A DNA stretch of 64,000 nt, from IMG/VR virus record IMGVR_UViG_2814123061_000003. One strand, 5' to 3'. Position 1 is the first letter of the stretch. Each line of letters starts with the position of its first letter. The position numbers were made by a program, and so were the translations under genes. Source of the DNA: an uncultured virus (IMG/VR IMGVR_UViG_2814123061_000003) (Duplodnaviria > Heunggongvirae > Uroviricota > Caudoviricetes). Positions 9,818 through 19,483 of this stretch are shown piece after piece. The notes under the pieces are model-generated. The model made no database searches and was not told where the DNA came from. It was given only the letters and a program-made list of their open reading frames with translations.

Positions 9818-10462
9818 ATGCTTTTAACACTCCCACAATTTCAGCGAGCAGCAGGCCTTTCGCCAGTGATGGCGCAACGCTGGTTTGAACCATTCAGTAA
9901 AGCCACCGCTGAATTCCAGATTAGTACACCCGCCCGGCTTGCCGCCTTTATTGCTCAAACCGGCCATGAAAGCGCGGGTTTCAGTCGGCTCAGTGAAAAT
10001 CTCTATTATTCAGATGCTGAGCGCGTGGCGCGTATTTTCCGCAGCGACTTCGATCTCAATAAGAATCGTATTATCGAGCCCGGCGAGATTGAATTTGCCC
10101 GCCGCTATACCCGTAACCCTGAAAAAATGGCGAATTATGTTTACGCGAATCAGGGTGGTAACGGTAATGAAGCATCAGGCGATGGCTGGCGCTTTCGCGG
10201 GCGTGGCCTGATTCAGATTACCCTGCGCAATAATTACGTGCTTTGTGGTAAGGCGCTGGGTCTCGATCTCATCGCTAACCCCGATTTGCTACTGGAGTAT
10301 GTCAACGCAGCCCGCAGCGCGGCCTGGTACTGGAAGGCTAATGGCTGCAACGAGCTGGCGGACAAAGGCGATTTTCTGGCTGTCACCCGCCGTATCAACC
10401 CTCCGGCTGAAGGTCAGGCCGACCGTTTGGCGCGGCTGAATGTCGCTAAGGCGGCGCTATGA
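9818..10462 (+). CDS. Endolysin, glycoside hydrolase family 19
   Basis: AAFIAQTGHES, ENLYYS, FRGRGLIQIT, TRRIN motifs. Confidence 0.92.
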   Translation: MLLTLPQFQRAAGLSPVMAQRWFEPFSKATAEFQISTPARLAAFIAQTGHESAGFSRLSENLYYSDAERVARIFRSDFDLNKNRIIEPGEIEFARRYTRNPEKMANYVYANQGGNGNEASGDGWRFRGRGLIQITLRNNYVLCGKALGLDLIANPDLLLEYVNAARSAAWYWKANGCNELADKGDFLAVTRRINPPAEGQADRLARLNVAKAAL

Positions 10463-10722
10463 CGATCTCTCTGCGCGATCTGGTGACGAACCCGGCCACC
10501 GGTCGTCTCTCAACGTCAGATACCATCGTTTTTCTGGCCTTCCTGGTCAGTTCCTTCGTGCTGGTCTGGATCACCGTAACCCGTCCCGAAACACCTGGTG
10601 AGCTGTATTTCACCTATCTGGGCGCATGGGTGGCACAGAGCCAGGCATCAAAACACATGTCCATCAAACGAGCCAGAGAGGTGCGCGATGTGGGAAGCAG
10701 CCCTGAAAATCCTGAAGGTTAG
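10459..10722 (+). CDS. Putative holin (DUF2644-like)
   Basis: DLVTNPATGRLSTSDT motif; two hydrophobic segments; follows endolysin. Confidence 0.7.
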   Translation: MTISLRDLVTNPATGRLSTSDTIVFLAFLVSSFVLVWITVTRPETPGELYFTYLGAWVAQSQASKHMSIKRAREVRDVGSSPENPEG

Positions 10723-11320
10723 CTGGAAACCGCTGCTCGTCGTCGTGGTGCTGACAGGCTGCGGGATATGGTTCGGCACCTTCATCACAGGCAACAGGCT
10801 GGACGCTCAGGCGCTGGCCTTCAGCAAGGAGAAGCAAAGCCTGACTGATGGTTTCAGTGAAAAAGAACGGCAGTGGGATCAGGAGCGGCTCAGTGCTGCG
10901 AATCAATATGCAACTGACCTGAAGGCTGCACTTGATAAGCAGAACGCCTGGCAGCAGAAAGCGGATGCGCTGACCCGCGAGCTGGCTGAAAAACAAAAGG
11001 CACATGACGAGACTGTTCGCGATCTTAAAAAGAGGCTTAAAGATGCACTTGATAAAGATGGTCCTGGTTATACCGGCATTGGTCCTGGTGGCCTGCAGCT
11101 CTTCCGTGAAGCCTTCGGCTACCCCGGAACCGAAAGCCTCCCCGCTGGTCAGCATCTGCCAGCCACCGCCAGCGGCACTTCTGGTCATTCCGGCCAGGCC
11201 ACAGGCACCGGTGGCGGACTCTCCCCCACGGGAATAGTGTCGTTTTCAGCGGAATACGGCGCATGGTGCCAGCTCCTTGAGGGCAGGCTGCAGGCAATAA
11301 ACGAGTATTACAGGAAGTGA
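10688..11320 (+). CDS. Putative i-spanin
   Basis: N-terminal TM followed by coiled coil; lysis cassette position. Confidence 0.7.
   Translation: MWEAALKILKVSWKPLLVVVVLTGCGIWFGTFITGNRLDAQALAFSKEKQSLTDGFSEKERQWDQERLSAANQYATDLKAALDKQNAWQQKADALTRELAEKQKAHDETVRDLKKRLKDALDKDGPGYTGIGPGGLQLFREAFGYPGTESLPAGQHLPATASGTSGHSGQATGTGGGLSPTGIVSFSAEYGAWCQLLEGRLQAINEYYRK
11043..11237 (+). CDS. Putative embedded o-spanin lipoprotein
   Basis: Lipobox LVAC, Pro-rich mature part, SD AGAGG; nested in +1 frame within i-spanin. Confidence 0.7.
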   Translation: MHLIKMVLVIPALVLVACSSSVKPSATPEPKASPLVSICQPPPAALLVIPARPQAPVADSPPRE

Positions 11321-11571
11321 AAAATATTATGACTCTTGATATGGCCTTTCAGATTGCGCTGGCGCTGGCTGCAACCTTCGGCACCATCTGGATACGTCGT
11401 CTGCAAAAAGACATCACCGACCTGGAAAAGGCGGTTGATCGCATCCGGGATGAATACCAGCGCCGTGAGGATGCCAAAAGTAATTACACCGCAATGATGG
11501 ATGCGATGAGGGAGCTGCGAGCGGCTATCGAGCGCATTGATAACAAACTGGACAGGAAACAGGACAAATGA
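11317..11571 (+). CDS. Hypothetical protein (TM plus coiled coil)
   Basis: GTGA coupling; typical slot before small terminase. Confidence 0.65.
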   Translation: MKNIMTLDMAFQIALALAATFGTIWIRRLQKDITDLEKAVDRIRDEYQRREDAKSNYTAMMDAMRELRAAIERIDNKLDRKQDK

Positions 11572-11852
11572 AAGCCAGACACAAGCGCCGAACCCGTCGC
11601 GCGACAATCAGCCAGAGCGAACAGGAAACGCTGAGCCGGATTTCAGCTCAGCTCGACCGCCTGCAGGCTCCCGTCAGCCCGGACATTCTGGGCGGGATTA
11701 ATGACAAGCTGAGCCGGATTGATGTTCGTCTCACTAACATCAGCGACGATGCCGCTCGCCGTGGTGCCTCTGCCGGTGCGATTACAGGTGGCATCGCGGG
11801 CGGCGTCATCACGGTAGCCATTCTGCTCATTCGCGCAAAACTGGAGCTGTGA
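11568..11852 (+). CDS. Hypothetical protein with C-terminal TM
   Basis: ATGA coupling; GAITGGIAGG motif. Confidence 0.65.
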   Translation: MKARHKRRTRRATISQSEQETLSRISAQLDRLQAPVSPDILGGINDKLSRIDVRLTNISDDAARRGASAGAITGGIAGGVITVAILLIRAKLEL

Positions 11853-11853
11853 T

Positions 11854-12354
11854 ATGGCGCATCCGCAGGAAACACGGGAAAAACTGCGACGATCTTATAT
11901 CTTCGGCCAGATGTCGCTCGAAATCGCCTCCGCTCAGGCTGGCGTGGCATTTGCGACAGCTCGCCGCTGGAAGAAGGAAGCACAGGACGCAGGCGATGAC
12001 TGGGACAAGTTACGCGCCGCTCACCTTATGGCCGGGAATGGTCTTGAGGAGATTGGCCGAGCCATTCTCACCGGGTTAATGACCCAGTATCAGACCACGC
12101 TGGAACTGCTGACAACCGAGTCTCAGCTCCCTCCGGGGGAACGCGTCGAGCTTCTGGCAAGCCTTGCCGATGCATTTAACAAAGCCGTCGCAGCCAACAA
12201 GAAAATACTGCCGGAGGTGAGTCAGCTGGCGGTGGCGCTGGATGTTATCCAGAAGCTCAGCGCATTTGTCGCCGAGCACTATCCGAAGCATCTGGGCGCG
12301 TTCGTGGAAATCCTTGAACCCTTCGGTAAAGAGATGGAGAAGCACTATGGCTGA
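11854..12354 (+). CDS. Putative terminase small subunit (DUF1804)
   Basis: MAHPQETREKLRRSY, TARRWK, GDDWDKLRAA. Confidence 0.85.
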   Translation: MAHPQETREKLRRSYIFGQMSLEIASAQAGVAFATARRWKKEAQDAGDDWDKLRAAHLMAGNGLEEIGRAILTGLMTQYQTTLELLTTESQLPPGERVELLASLADAFNKAVAANKKILPEVSQLAVALDVIQKLSAFVAEHYPKHLGAFVEILEPFGKEMEKHYG

Positions 12355-12556
12355 CAAACTTATCCCTGTTAACTCGCGTGTAAGCGTTATGGCAAGCCAG
12401 GTGGCTTATGTTGACGCGCCTGAATTCCGTGATGAAGTCAGAGTTCACTTCGTTGATGGTCGTACCGAAGAACTTGAGTTCTCCATGCGTAATGAGAGAT
12501 GGAACGCCAAGGCCAGGTTTGAAAAGGCGGTTAACGATGCGTTAAACGGGAATTAA
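12347..12556 (+). CDS. Hypothetical protein
   Basis: SD GGAG; fills gap between terminase genes. Confidence 0.6.
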   Translation: MADKLIPVNSRVSVMASQVAYVDAPEFRDEVRVHFVDGRTEELEFSMRNERWNAKARFEKAVNDALNGN

Positions 12557-12560
12557 TCGA

Positions 12561-14213
12561 GTGGCCAGAACCAATAAATTATCCAGCAAAGATTTTCTTG
12601 CCGAACTGGCGGAGCTGTCCGCCAGTCTTCGTCGCACCATTGAAGCCGAAGATGTGGGCTTTGACCCCTCCGCAGCTGCAATTGCTGAACGTCGTGGCCT
12701 CGTTGCTGACCCTGTAACGGGGTTTGAATACTTTGTGCAGCATTATTTTCCGCACTATGTCCGCCATGCTGCCCGCAGTGAATTGCATAACTATCTCTAT
12801 AAGCGCCTGCCTGAAATCATCCAGGCTACGGGAAGCCAGAACGATGCGATAGCGGCTCCGCGTGGTGAAGCCAAATCCACCATCGTAAGTCAGCTTTTTG
12901 TCATCTGGTGCATTGTACTGGCGCTCAAGCATTACCCGGTCATCATTATGGACTCCATCGACCAGGCCTATCCGATGCTGGAGGCGATAAAGGCGGAACT
13001 GCAGTTTAACCCCCGCCTGCTGATGGACTTCCCTGAAGCGACGGGCGGTGGCCGCGTCTGGCAGGCCGGGACAATCCTCACCCGAAACGACATTAAGGTG
13101 CAGGTCGCCGGTAGTGGCAAAAAGCTGCGTGGTCTGCGCCATGGCCCGTATCGTCCTGACCTGGCTGTGCTCGATGATATCGAGAACGATGAGCTGGTGC
13201 GTAACCCTGAGCAGCGTGACAAGCTCGATAACTGGCTCAAAAAAACCGTCCTGCCGCTCGGCGGCGCGGGGGCCAAGTTCGATGTGGTGTATATCGGGAC
13301 AATCCTGCACTACGACTCCGTGCTTTCCCGCACCCTTAAAAATCCGCTATGGACGCGGGCCCGCTTCAAGGCGCTCATCAGCTGGCCGCACAATATGTCG
13401 CTGTGGGATAAATGGGAAGAGATCCTGCGCAACAACGACGAAGATGGTCAGATGCTGGCGCAGGCATACTACCGTGAGCATCAGGCTGAGATGGATGAAG
13501 GTGCTGTTGTGTCATGGGCTGCGCGTCCGCTTTATGCCCTGATGCTCATCCGTGCCCGTGATGGCCACAGTACCTTTGATGCGGAATATCAGAACGATCC
13601 CGTCAGCGGCGAAGATGCGCCATTTACCGGCTGCATTAATTTCTGGGTCAACCGCCTTAACGAGTGGCGCTTCTATGGCGCATGTGACCCGAGCCTGGGT
13701 AAACATGGCAACAGCCGTGACCCTTCTGCGTTGCTGGTTGGCGGTTTCAATCGCTATACCGGCATTCTGGACGTTGTTGAAGCGCGTATCCGAAAGCGTG
13801 TGCCGGACAAAATTATTTCTGACGTTATCGAGCTGCAGCGGGAATATAACTGCCTCGTCTGGGCGGTCGAGTCCGTCCAGTTCCAGGAGTTCCTGCGCAC
13901 CGAACTGGTGAAGCGCTCCGCTGCGATGGGTATCCCCGTGCCTGCCAGAGCCGTCACGCCTTCGGTTGATAAGCTCCTGCGCATTGAGTCACTGCAGCCA
14001 CATATGGCCAACGGCCTGATACGCCTGCACCCTTCGCAGACCACTCTCATCGACCAGCTCCGGCACTTCCCCAAAGCTGACCATGATGACGGGCCTGATG
14101 CCCTGCATATGCTCTGGATGCTGGCCGTTTCCGGCGCTGGCAATTTCGAATTTAAAGCTGTTCCCCGCCGTGGCCATAGCGGGGACAGGTTCGGTCCTTC
14201 AGGAGGATTTTGA
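12561..14213 (+). CDS. Terminase large subunit
   Basis: APRGEAKST Walker A, AVLDDIE Walker B, CDPSLG and HDDGPDA nuclease motifs. Confidence 0.93.
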   Translation: MARTNKLSSKDFLAELAELSASLRRTIEAEDVGFDPSAAAIAERRGLVADPVTGFEYFVQHYFPHYVRHAARSELHNYLYKRLPEIIQATGSQNDAIAAPRGEAKSTIVSQLFVIWCIVLALKHYPVIIMDSIDQAYPMLEAIKAELQFNPRLLMDFPEATGGGRVWQAGTILTRNDIKVQVAGSGKKLRGLRHGPYRPDLAVLDDIENDELVRNPEQRDKLDNWLKKTVLPLGGAGAKFDVVYIGTILHYDSVLSRTLKNPLWTRARFKALISWPHNMSLWDKWEEILRNNDEDGQMLAQAYYREHQAEMDEGAVVSWAARPLYALMLIRARDGHSTFDAEYQNDPVSGEDAPFTGCINFWVNRLNEWRFYGACDPSLGKHGNSRDPSALLVGGFNRYTGILDVVEARIRKRVPDKIISDVIELQREYNCLVWAVESVQFQEFLRTELVKRSAAMGIPVPARAVTPSVDKLLRIESLQPHMANGLIRLHPSQTTLIDQLRHFPKADHDDGPDALHMLWMLAVSGAGNFEFKAVPRRGHSGDRFGPSGGF

Positions 14214-15784
14214 TAATGGTTCAGATTCTTGACCAGTATGGTCGCCCGCTTAATAAAGAGGTGCTTAAAGCCCCCCAGACCTCCCGCACGTTCGAGCTAC
14301 AGCGTGACTGGCCAACTCACCCCTCACGGGGAATGACTATTGCCCGGCTTCCTCGCCTGCTGGAAGCGGCTGAGCGCGGCGACCTGGCGGCTCAGGCTGA
14401 CCTTTTCGAAGATATGGTTGAGCGGGACGGGCATATCTTTTCTGAAATGGCCAAGCGTAAGAATGCGCTGCTCACTCTGGACTGGAGCATTGAGCCACCG
14501 CCGAACGCGACGGCGGAAGAAAAGCAGATCGCCGCGATGGTGGCCAGCTGGTTCGCTGACCTTCAGGAGATGGAAGATATTACCCTGAATGCGGCTGAAG
14601 CTATCGGGCATGGCTTTTCCGCTCAGGAGATTGAAAAGTGGGAACTTGACGGCAATCTGTGGCTTCCCGTCAAAATCAAACTGCGTCCGCATCGCTGGTT
14701 CTGTACCACGCCGGAAGCCGGGGACGAGGTGCGTCTTAACACCGGCACGCTGGGTGGAGAAGAACTCTGGCCGTTTGGCTGGCTGGTGCATACGCATAAC
14801 GCCAAGTCAGGCTATATCGCGCAGTCAGGGTTATACCGCGTGCTGGTCTGGCCATATCTGTTTAAAAACTACAGCGTTCGCGATCTCGCTGAGTTCCTGG
14901 AAATCTACGGGCTGCCACCGCGCATCGGGTCGTATATGCCCGGAGCCAGCCAGGATGAACAGGATAAACTCATGGAGGCGCTGGTCAGCATCGGTCATAA
15001 CGCCTCGGGGATCATCCCTGATAACACCAAAATCGAATTTAAGGATGCCGCTGAGGGGCAGTCCGATCCTTTCATGGCGATGATTAACTGGTGTGAACGT
15101 ACAGCATCAAAGGTCATTCTCGGCGGCACGCTGACGTCACAGGCGGACGGTAAGTCCTCAACACACGCTCTTGGCAATGTGCATAACGAAGTCCGCCACG
15201 ATCTGCTGACCGCTGATGCCCGCCAGCTGGAAGGGTTTTATCGTGGCTTCATTCGTATGTTACTGGCCATTAATGGTTATAACGTCAGCCCGCGCCGTCA
15301 GCCGCGCCTGGTATTTGATACCCGTGAGCTGGAGAGCATTGAAACCTTTGCTAATGGTGTTTCCGCGCTGGTACGCGCCGGGATGGACACTATCCCGACG
15401 TCATGGATACACAAAAAGGTTGGCATTCCGGTGCCAAAAGAGAACGAAGCTGTGCTGACGCCGCCTGCTGTTTCCTCTCCGGTAGGGCTGAGCACCACGC
15501 CAGTATTCCGCCATTTCGCGGCACTGAGCACCACGGGCGAGGTTGTTGACCCTGCTCAGGATGCGCTGGACAGCGCCACGTCGCCCGGAGAGAGCATCGC
15601 GGTGGCCATGGATAAGCTGATTGCGCCGCTGGTCTCGGGCCTGAGCAAGGGGCAAAGCCCTGATGAGGCTCTGGATATCATTGCTGCGAGTTACCCTCAG
15701 CTGGATGATACGCAGCTGCAACAGCTGATAAAGCAGGCGCTGTTTGTCAGCGAGGTCTGGGGGCGACTCAATGCCGAAAGCTGA
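14213..15784 (+). CDS. Portal protein (Mu gp29/DUF935)
   Basis: FLEIYGLP, KVILGGTLTS, HALGNVHNEVR. Confidence 0.92.
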   Translation: MMVQILDQYGRPLNKEVLKAPQTSRTFELQRDWPTHPSRGMTIARLPRLLEAAERGDLAAQADLFEDMVERDGHIFSEMAKRKNALLTLDWSIEPPPNATAEEKQIAAMVASWFADLQEMEDITLNAAEAIGHGFSAQEIEKWELDGNLWLPVKIKLRPHRWFCTTPEAGDEVRLNTGTLGGEELWPFGWLVHTHNAKSGYIAQSGLYRVLVWPYLFKNYSVRDLAEFLEIYGLPPRIGSYMPGASQDEQDKLMEALVSIGHNASGIIPDNTKIEFKDAAEGQSDPFMAMINWCERTASKVILGGTLTSQADGKSSTHALGNVHNEVRHDLLTADARQLEGFYRGFIRMLLAINGYNVSPRRQPRLVFDTRELESIETFANGVSALVRAGMDTIPTSWIHKKVGIPVPKENEAVLTPPAVSSPVGLSTTPVFRHFAALSTTGEVVDPAQDALDSATSPGESIAVAMDKLIAPLVSGLSKGQSPDEALDIIAASYPQLDDTQLQQLIKQALFVSEVWGRLNAES

Positions 15785-17030
15785 TGTTGATCTGGGGTAC
15801 GCCATCGGGTTAAAGCCCGAAGAAGCGATTGCCTACTTCGAATCGAAGGGCTACGCCACCGGTTTTAACTGGCACGATATTGAGGCCCGCGCCCATGCCA
15901 CCAGTTTCACCGTGGCGGGCGTCCTTAAACAGGATGTGCTTGAGGATATTCATAAATCGCTTCGCGAGCATATTGCTAACGGCGGCACGCTCCGGGACTT
16001 CGAACGGCAGATTACCCCAACGTTGATCCGTAAGGGCTGGCTTGCCGACCGTGCCAGGCTGGTCGCCGATGAGGATGGCGTTCTGGAGGGTAAACAACTC
16101 ACGCCACGCCGTCTGCGCACCATCTTTGAAACCAATATGCAGGCGGCCTATGGTGCCGGTCGCTATGCGGAGCAGATGGCCAACGCGGAGTTTCGCCCCA
16201 TATGGGAACGCGTGGCCGTCATGGACATGCACACCCGGCCACTCCACGCCAGACTTAATGGTTTCACAGCCCGCTATGACGATCCTGTGTGGCAGTTTAT
16301 GTACCCGCCTGACGGATACCACTGCCGCTGCCGCATTCGTGCCCGAACTCAGGCAGATGCAGACCGCATGGGGATTGAGGTCAAATCGTGGGAGCAGGAC
16401 ATTGTTACGGTACAGCAGGCATGGGGACCAAAAGAAACCCGTGACGTTAAGGCGTTACGCTTCAACGGCGAGCTTTACACGCCTGATGCCGGATTCGGGC
16501 ACAATCCGGGTCAGGGCTGGCTCTCTTCTCTCGGACAGCGCCTTATGGATAAATCTGCAACCACCACGCCCCGGATTGCCTCTCAGGCTATCCATGAAAC
16601 CCTGTCTGAACCTGCTGTGCTGGATGCCGTCAGCGATGATGTGCGTCGCTGGGTCGACACCGTCAGCGTGCGGCAGAAGACCCGTGGCGACCTGAGGCGC
16701 GTTGGCGGTATCCAGCCTGAGCTGCTGAATCGCCTCGAAGAGCGTGGTGTTAACGGTGCGATCACATTAAGCATTCACGAAGAGGATGTCCGGCTGGCTC
16801 CGGGCCCGATGTGGTCAGAGCTTCCCGTTCTGCTCCGTCAGCCAGCTGGTGTCTGGCTTGATGATGACGCTCTGGTGTGGCTCCTCTCCGGGCAGAACGG
16901 CACCCGCGCCGTACGTGGTGTGCAGTCGGACGATGGCTGGCGTCTGTCGCTTGTAAACGCCGGTGCTACCGTCACCCCTGGCGATGTGTTATCTGAACGC
17001 GCGGCGCAGCTGTTGGAGCTGAAATCATGA
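15771..17030 (+). CDS. Mu gpF-like minor head protein
   Basis: RRLRTIFETNMQAAY, PPDGYHCRC. Confidence 0.9.
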   Translation: MPKADVDLGYAIGLKPEEAIAYFESKGYATGFNWHDIEARAHATSFTVAGVLKQDVLEDIHKSLREHIANGGTLRDFERQITPTLIRKGWLADRARLVADEDGVLEGKQLTPRRLRTIFETNMQAAYGAGRYAEQMANAEFRPIWERVAVMDMHTRPLHARLNGFTARYDDPVWQFMYPPDGYHCRCRIRARTQADADRMGIEVKSWEQDIVTVQQAWGPKETRDVKALRFNGELYTPDAGFGHNPGQGWLSSLGQRLMDKSATTTPRIASQAIHETLSEPAVLDAVSDDVRRWVDTVSVRQKTRGDLRRVGGIQPELLNRLEERGVNGAITLSIHEEDVRLAPGPMWSELPVLLRQPAGVWLDDDALVWLLSGQNGTRAVRGVQSDDGWRLSLVNAGATVTPGDVLSERAAQLLELKS

Positions 17031-17569
17031 GCTACGCCATCAGGTATGACATTGGTGACTTTGAGCGCTCACTCGGTGAACTCATTAAAAAGCTGGAAAA
17101 CCGCGCCCCCCTGATGCGTGAGATGGCCGCTGCCATGGGGGATGCGGTTGAAGAAAACTTTGGGCAACAGGGGCGGCCCGCGTGGATGGGCTGGAGTCCG
17201 GCATATGCCCGTCAGCGCCGGGGCGGTAAAATTCTCCAGAAGAGCGGTCGACTGGCGGCGAGTATCACGCAGTACAGCACGAATGATGAGGCGACGGTCG
17301 GGACCAATGTGAAATACGCCCGCATCCATCAGGAAGGCGGGGAAATCAGCATTCCGGCCCGCAGCCAGAAAGCCTACTACCGCCAGAACAAGGATGGTTC
17401 AGTGGGTAACCGGTTCGTTAAAAAATCCCGCTCCAACTTTGAACAGTGGAACACTATCGGGGCGTATAAAATTAAGATGCCCGCGCGTCCTTTCCTGCAT
17501 CTCACCGAAGATGACGTGGAGAAGATGGAGAGTACGGCTGAGCAATATCTGAAACGTATTTTAGACTGA
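17027..17569 (+). CDS. Mu gpG-like virion morphogenesis protein
   Basis: SGRLAASI, VGTNVKYARIHQEGG, MPARPFL. Confidence 0.9.
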   Translation: MSYAIRYDIGDFERSLGELIKKLENRAPLMREMAAAMGDAVEENFGQQGRPAWMGWSPAYARQRRGGKILQKSGRLAASITQYSTNDEATVGTNVKYARIHQEGGEISIPARSQKAYYRQNKDGSVGNRFVKKSRSNFEQWNTIGAYKIKMPARPFLHLTEDDVEKMESTAEQYLKRILD

Positions 17570-17685
17570 GGGCAAATTCGTCCTGTAAGGCGCTGTGACG
17601 CGTTCAGTCTGATTGTGCTAGAGTGATTCGGCCAGAAGGTATTCAGACGTTTTTAAAAGCGGTTTAAAAAGGTCTGGGCTCATAA

Positions 17686-17895
17686 ATGCATTACGGGAGC
17701 GAGCAACTGGACACATTCAAAGCTTTCCTTGATTATTTCACCCCGCAGCAGTGGGTTTTCATTGGCATCTTTGGGGGCCTGGTTATAAAGGTTGCTGAGT
17801 GGTTCACTGACCGATACTTTGCCCGCCGGCATCAGAAGCGTCAGTCTGCTAAACCCGATAAGCCGACAACCAAAGAAAACGATCCTCAGCAATAA
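17686..17895 (+). CDS. Small membrane protein
   Basis: One hydrophobic helix and basic tail; between G and I. Confidence 0.45.
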   Translation: MHYGSEQLDTFKAFLDYFTPQQWVFIGIFGGLVIKVAEWFTDRYFARRHQKRQSAKPDKPTTKENDPQQ

Positions 17896-17896
17896 T

Positions 17897-17950
17897 CCAC
17901 TGAACCTCTTCATCTGAACCTCCCCGCAGTGGTGCCGTATCGTCGGCACC
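17897..17950 (+). promoter_or_regulatory. Late promoter 2 (head protease operon)
   Basis: CCACTGAACCTCTTCATCTGA; TATCGT at 17938-17943. Confidence 0.75.
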
Positions 17951-19066
17951 ATGAAAAAGACACTCATCGCTTCACTCACCCAGGAAATTAACACCGCCAC
18001 TCCCGGTGTCATCCAGCTATTCCCGGCTGGTGAATTCCGCGCCCGTGATGGCCGTCCGACCGAATGTGCCGCCTGGCTGATGACGCGGGAAATTGCAGAG
18101 CGCCTTATTGCCGCAGCTGATGCCCGCGACACCCCCTACGTCCTGGACTACGAACACCAGACCCTTCGGGCCGCTAAAAACGGTCTGCCTGCGCCTGCAG
18201 CTGCATTCTTCAAAAAGCTGGAGTGGCGGGACGGTGAAGGTTTGTTCGCCATCGATGTCGAGTGGACAGCCGCAGCGGCTGCGATGGTCGAGGCGAAAGA
18301 GTATCGCTTTATTTCACCCGTGTTTTCTTACGACAAAACCGGTCAGGTGATGGAGTTGCTCAACGCCGCGCTGACCAATACACCTGCGGTCGACGGGATG
18401 GAGGAAGTGTTACTTGCTGCCGCCTCCCTGATGGCCGCGCATTTAACCACAGAGGGTCAGACCGAAATGGATGAAGAATTTCTCAACGAGCTACTGAGCA
18501 ACCTGCGCTGGATGCTCAATCTGCCAACCGCTTCAACGAAAGAAGAGATCATGGCTGAGCTACAAAAAATTATCACCATGATTTCCAGTGGTCAGGGGAC
18601 TGCAGCGGCGTCGGTCAGTCTGCTGGATATCCTGAACCAGAACGCGCAGAGCATCGCCGACCTGTCAGCAAAACTCGACACGCCTGACCCGGCTAAATGG
18701 GTTTCGGTGGAGGTCATGCATTCAGCCGTTCAGCAGGCAACAGAGCGCGCCGGTGCGGGTAATACCGCCGCACTCGCCACGCAGCAGGCTGAAGCGTTGA
18801 TTACGGTTGCCCTCGGCGACGGTCGTCTGCTTCCTGCACAGCAGGAATGGGCTGCATCACTGGCGAAATCCGATCCGGCCAGTCTTACCGCCTTTATCGA
18901 AAAATCGCCAAAGATTGCCGCACTGACTACCAGTCAGACTCAGGGGCAACCGCCTGCTGGCCTTCCGTCACGCCCGTCACAGGGTGCTGAAGATGATGTG
19001 ATTGACCCGGCCATCTGCTCAATGATGGGCAATGACCCGGAAAGCGTCGCGAAATACCTCAAATAA
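17951..19066 (+). CDS. Mu gpI-like head protease with probable internal scaffold start
   Basis: LDYEHQT, EYRFISPVF, AALTNTPA; internal Met (MDEEFL) after GAGGG, as for Mu I/Z. Confidence 0.92.
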   Translation: MKKTLIASLTQEINTATPGVIQLFPAGEFRARDGRPTECAAWLMTREIAERLIAAADARDTPYVLDYEHQTLRAAKNGLPAPAAAFFKKLEWRDGEGLFAIDVEWTAAAAAMVEAKEYRFISPVFSYDKTGQVMELLNAALTNTPAVDGMEEVLLAAASLMAAHLTTEGQTEMDEEFLNELLSNLRWMLNLPTASTKEEIMAELQKIITMISSGQGTAAASVSLLDILNQNAQSIADLSAKLDTPDPAKWVSVEVMHSAVQQATERAGAGNTAALATQQAEALITVALGDGRLLPAQQEWAASLAKSDPASLTAFIEKSPKIAALTTSQTQGQPPAGLPSRPSQGAEDDVIDPAICSMMGNDPESVAKYLK

Positions 19067-19077
19067 AGGAGAGCGAA

Positions 19078-19470
19078 ATGGATCGTCATACCCCTTATCG
19101 CGACGGCCAGCTGTTTGCCGTCCCGGTTGCGGCAGCCACTGAACTCTTTGGCGGCCACATTATTGCGGCCAACGCAGCGGGCTTTGCTGTACCAGGCAGC
19201 GCCACGGCGGCCAATACCACCCTCGGCATCTGTGATGGCTGGGTGGATAACTCTGCCGGTGCCGCCGGTGATGCGAGCGTGCTGGTTCGTCGTGGTAAAG
19301 CCTGGTTCCTTGCTAACAGCACTGCTGACCCGGTCACGCTGGCGCAGACTGGCAAGGATTGCTACGTGGTGGACAGCCAGACCGTGGCCAAAACCAGTGA
19401 TACCAACGCCCGTCCGATCGCCGGAAAGGTGCTTGGTCTTGAGAATGATGGCGTCTGGGTTCTGATTTAA
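19078..19470 (+). CDS. Putative head decoration/cement protein
   Basis: Ala/Gly-rich, between protease and major head gene. Confidence 0.65.
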   Translation: MDRHTPYRDGQLFAVPVAAATELFGGHIIAANAAGFAVPGSATAANTTLGICDGWVDNSAGAAGDASVLVRRGKAWFLANSTADPVTLAQTGKDCYVVDSQTVAKTSDTNARPIAGKVLGLENDGVWVLI

Positions 19471-19483
19471 TAAGGAGAGAACC

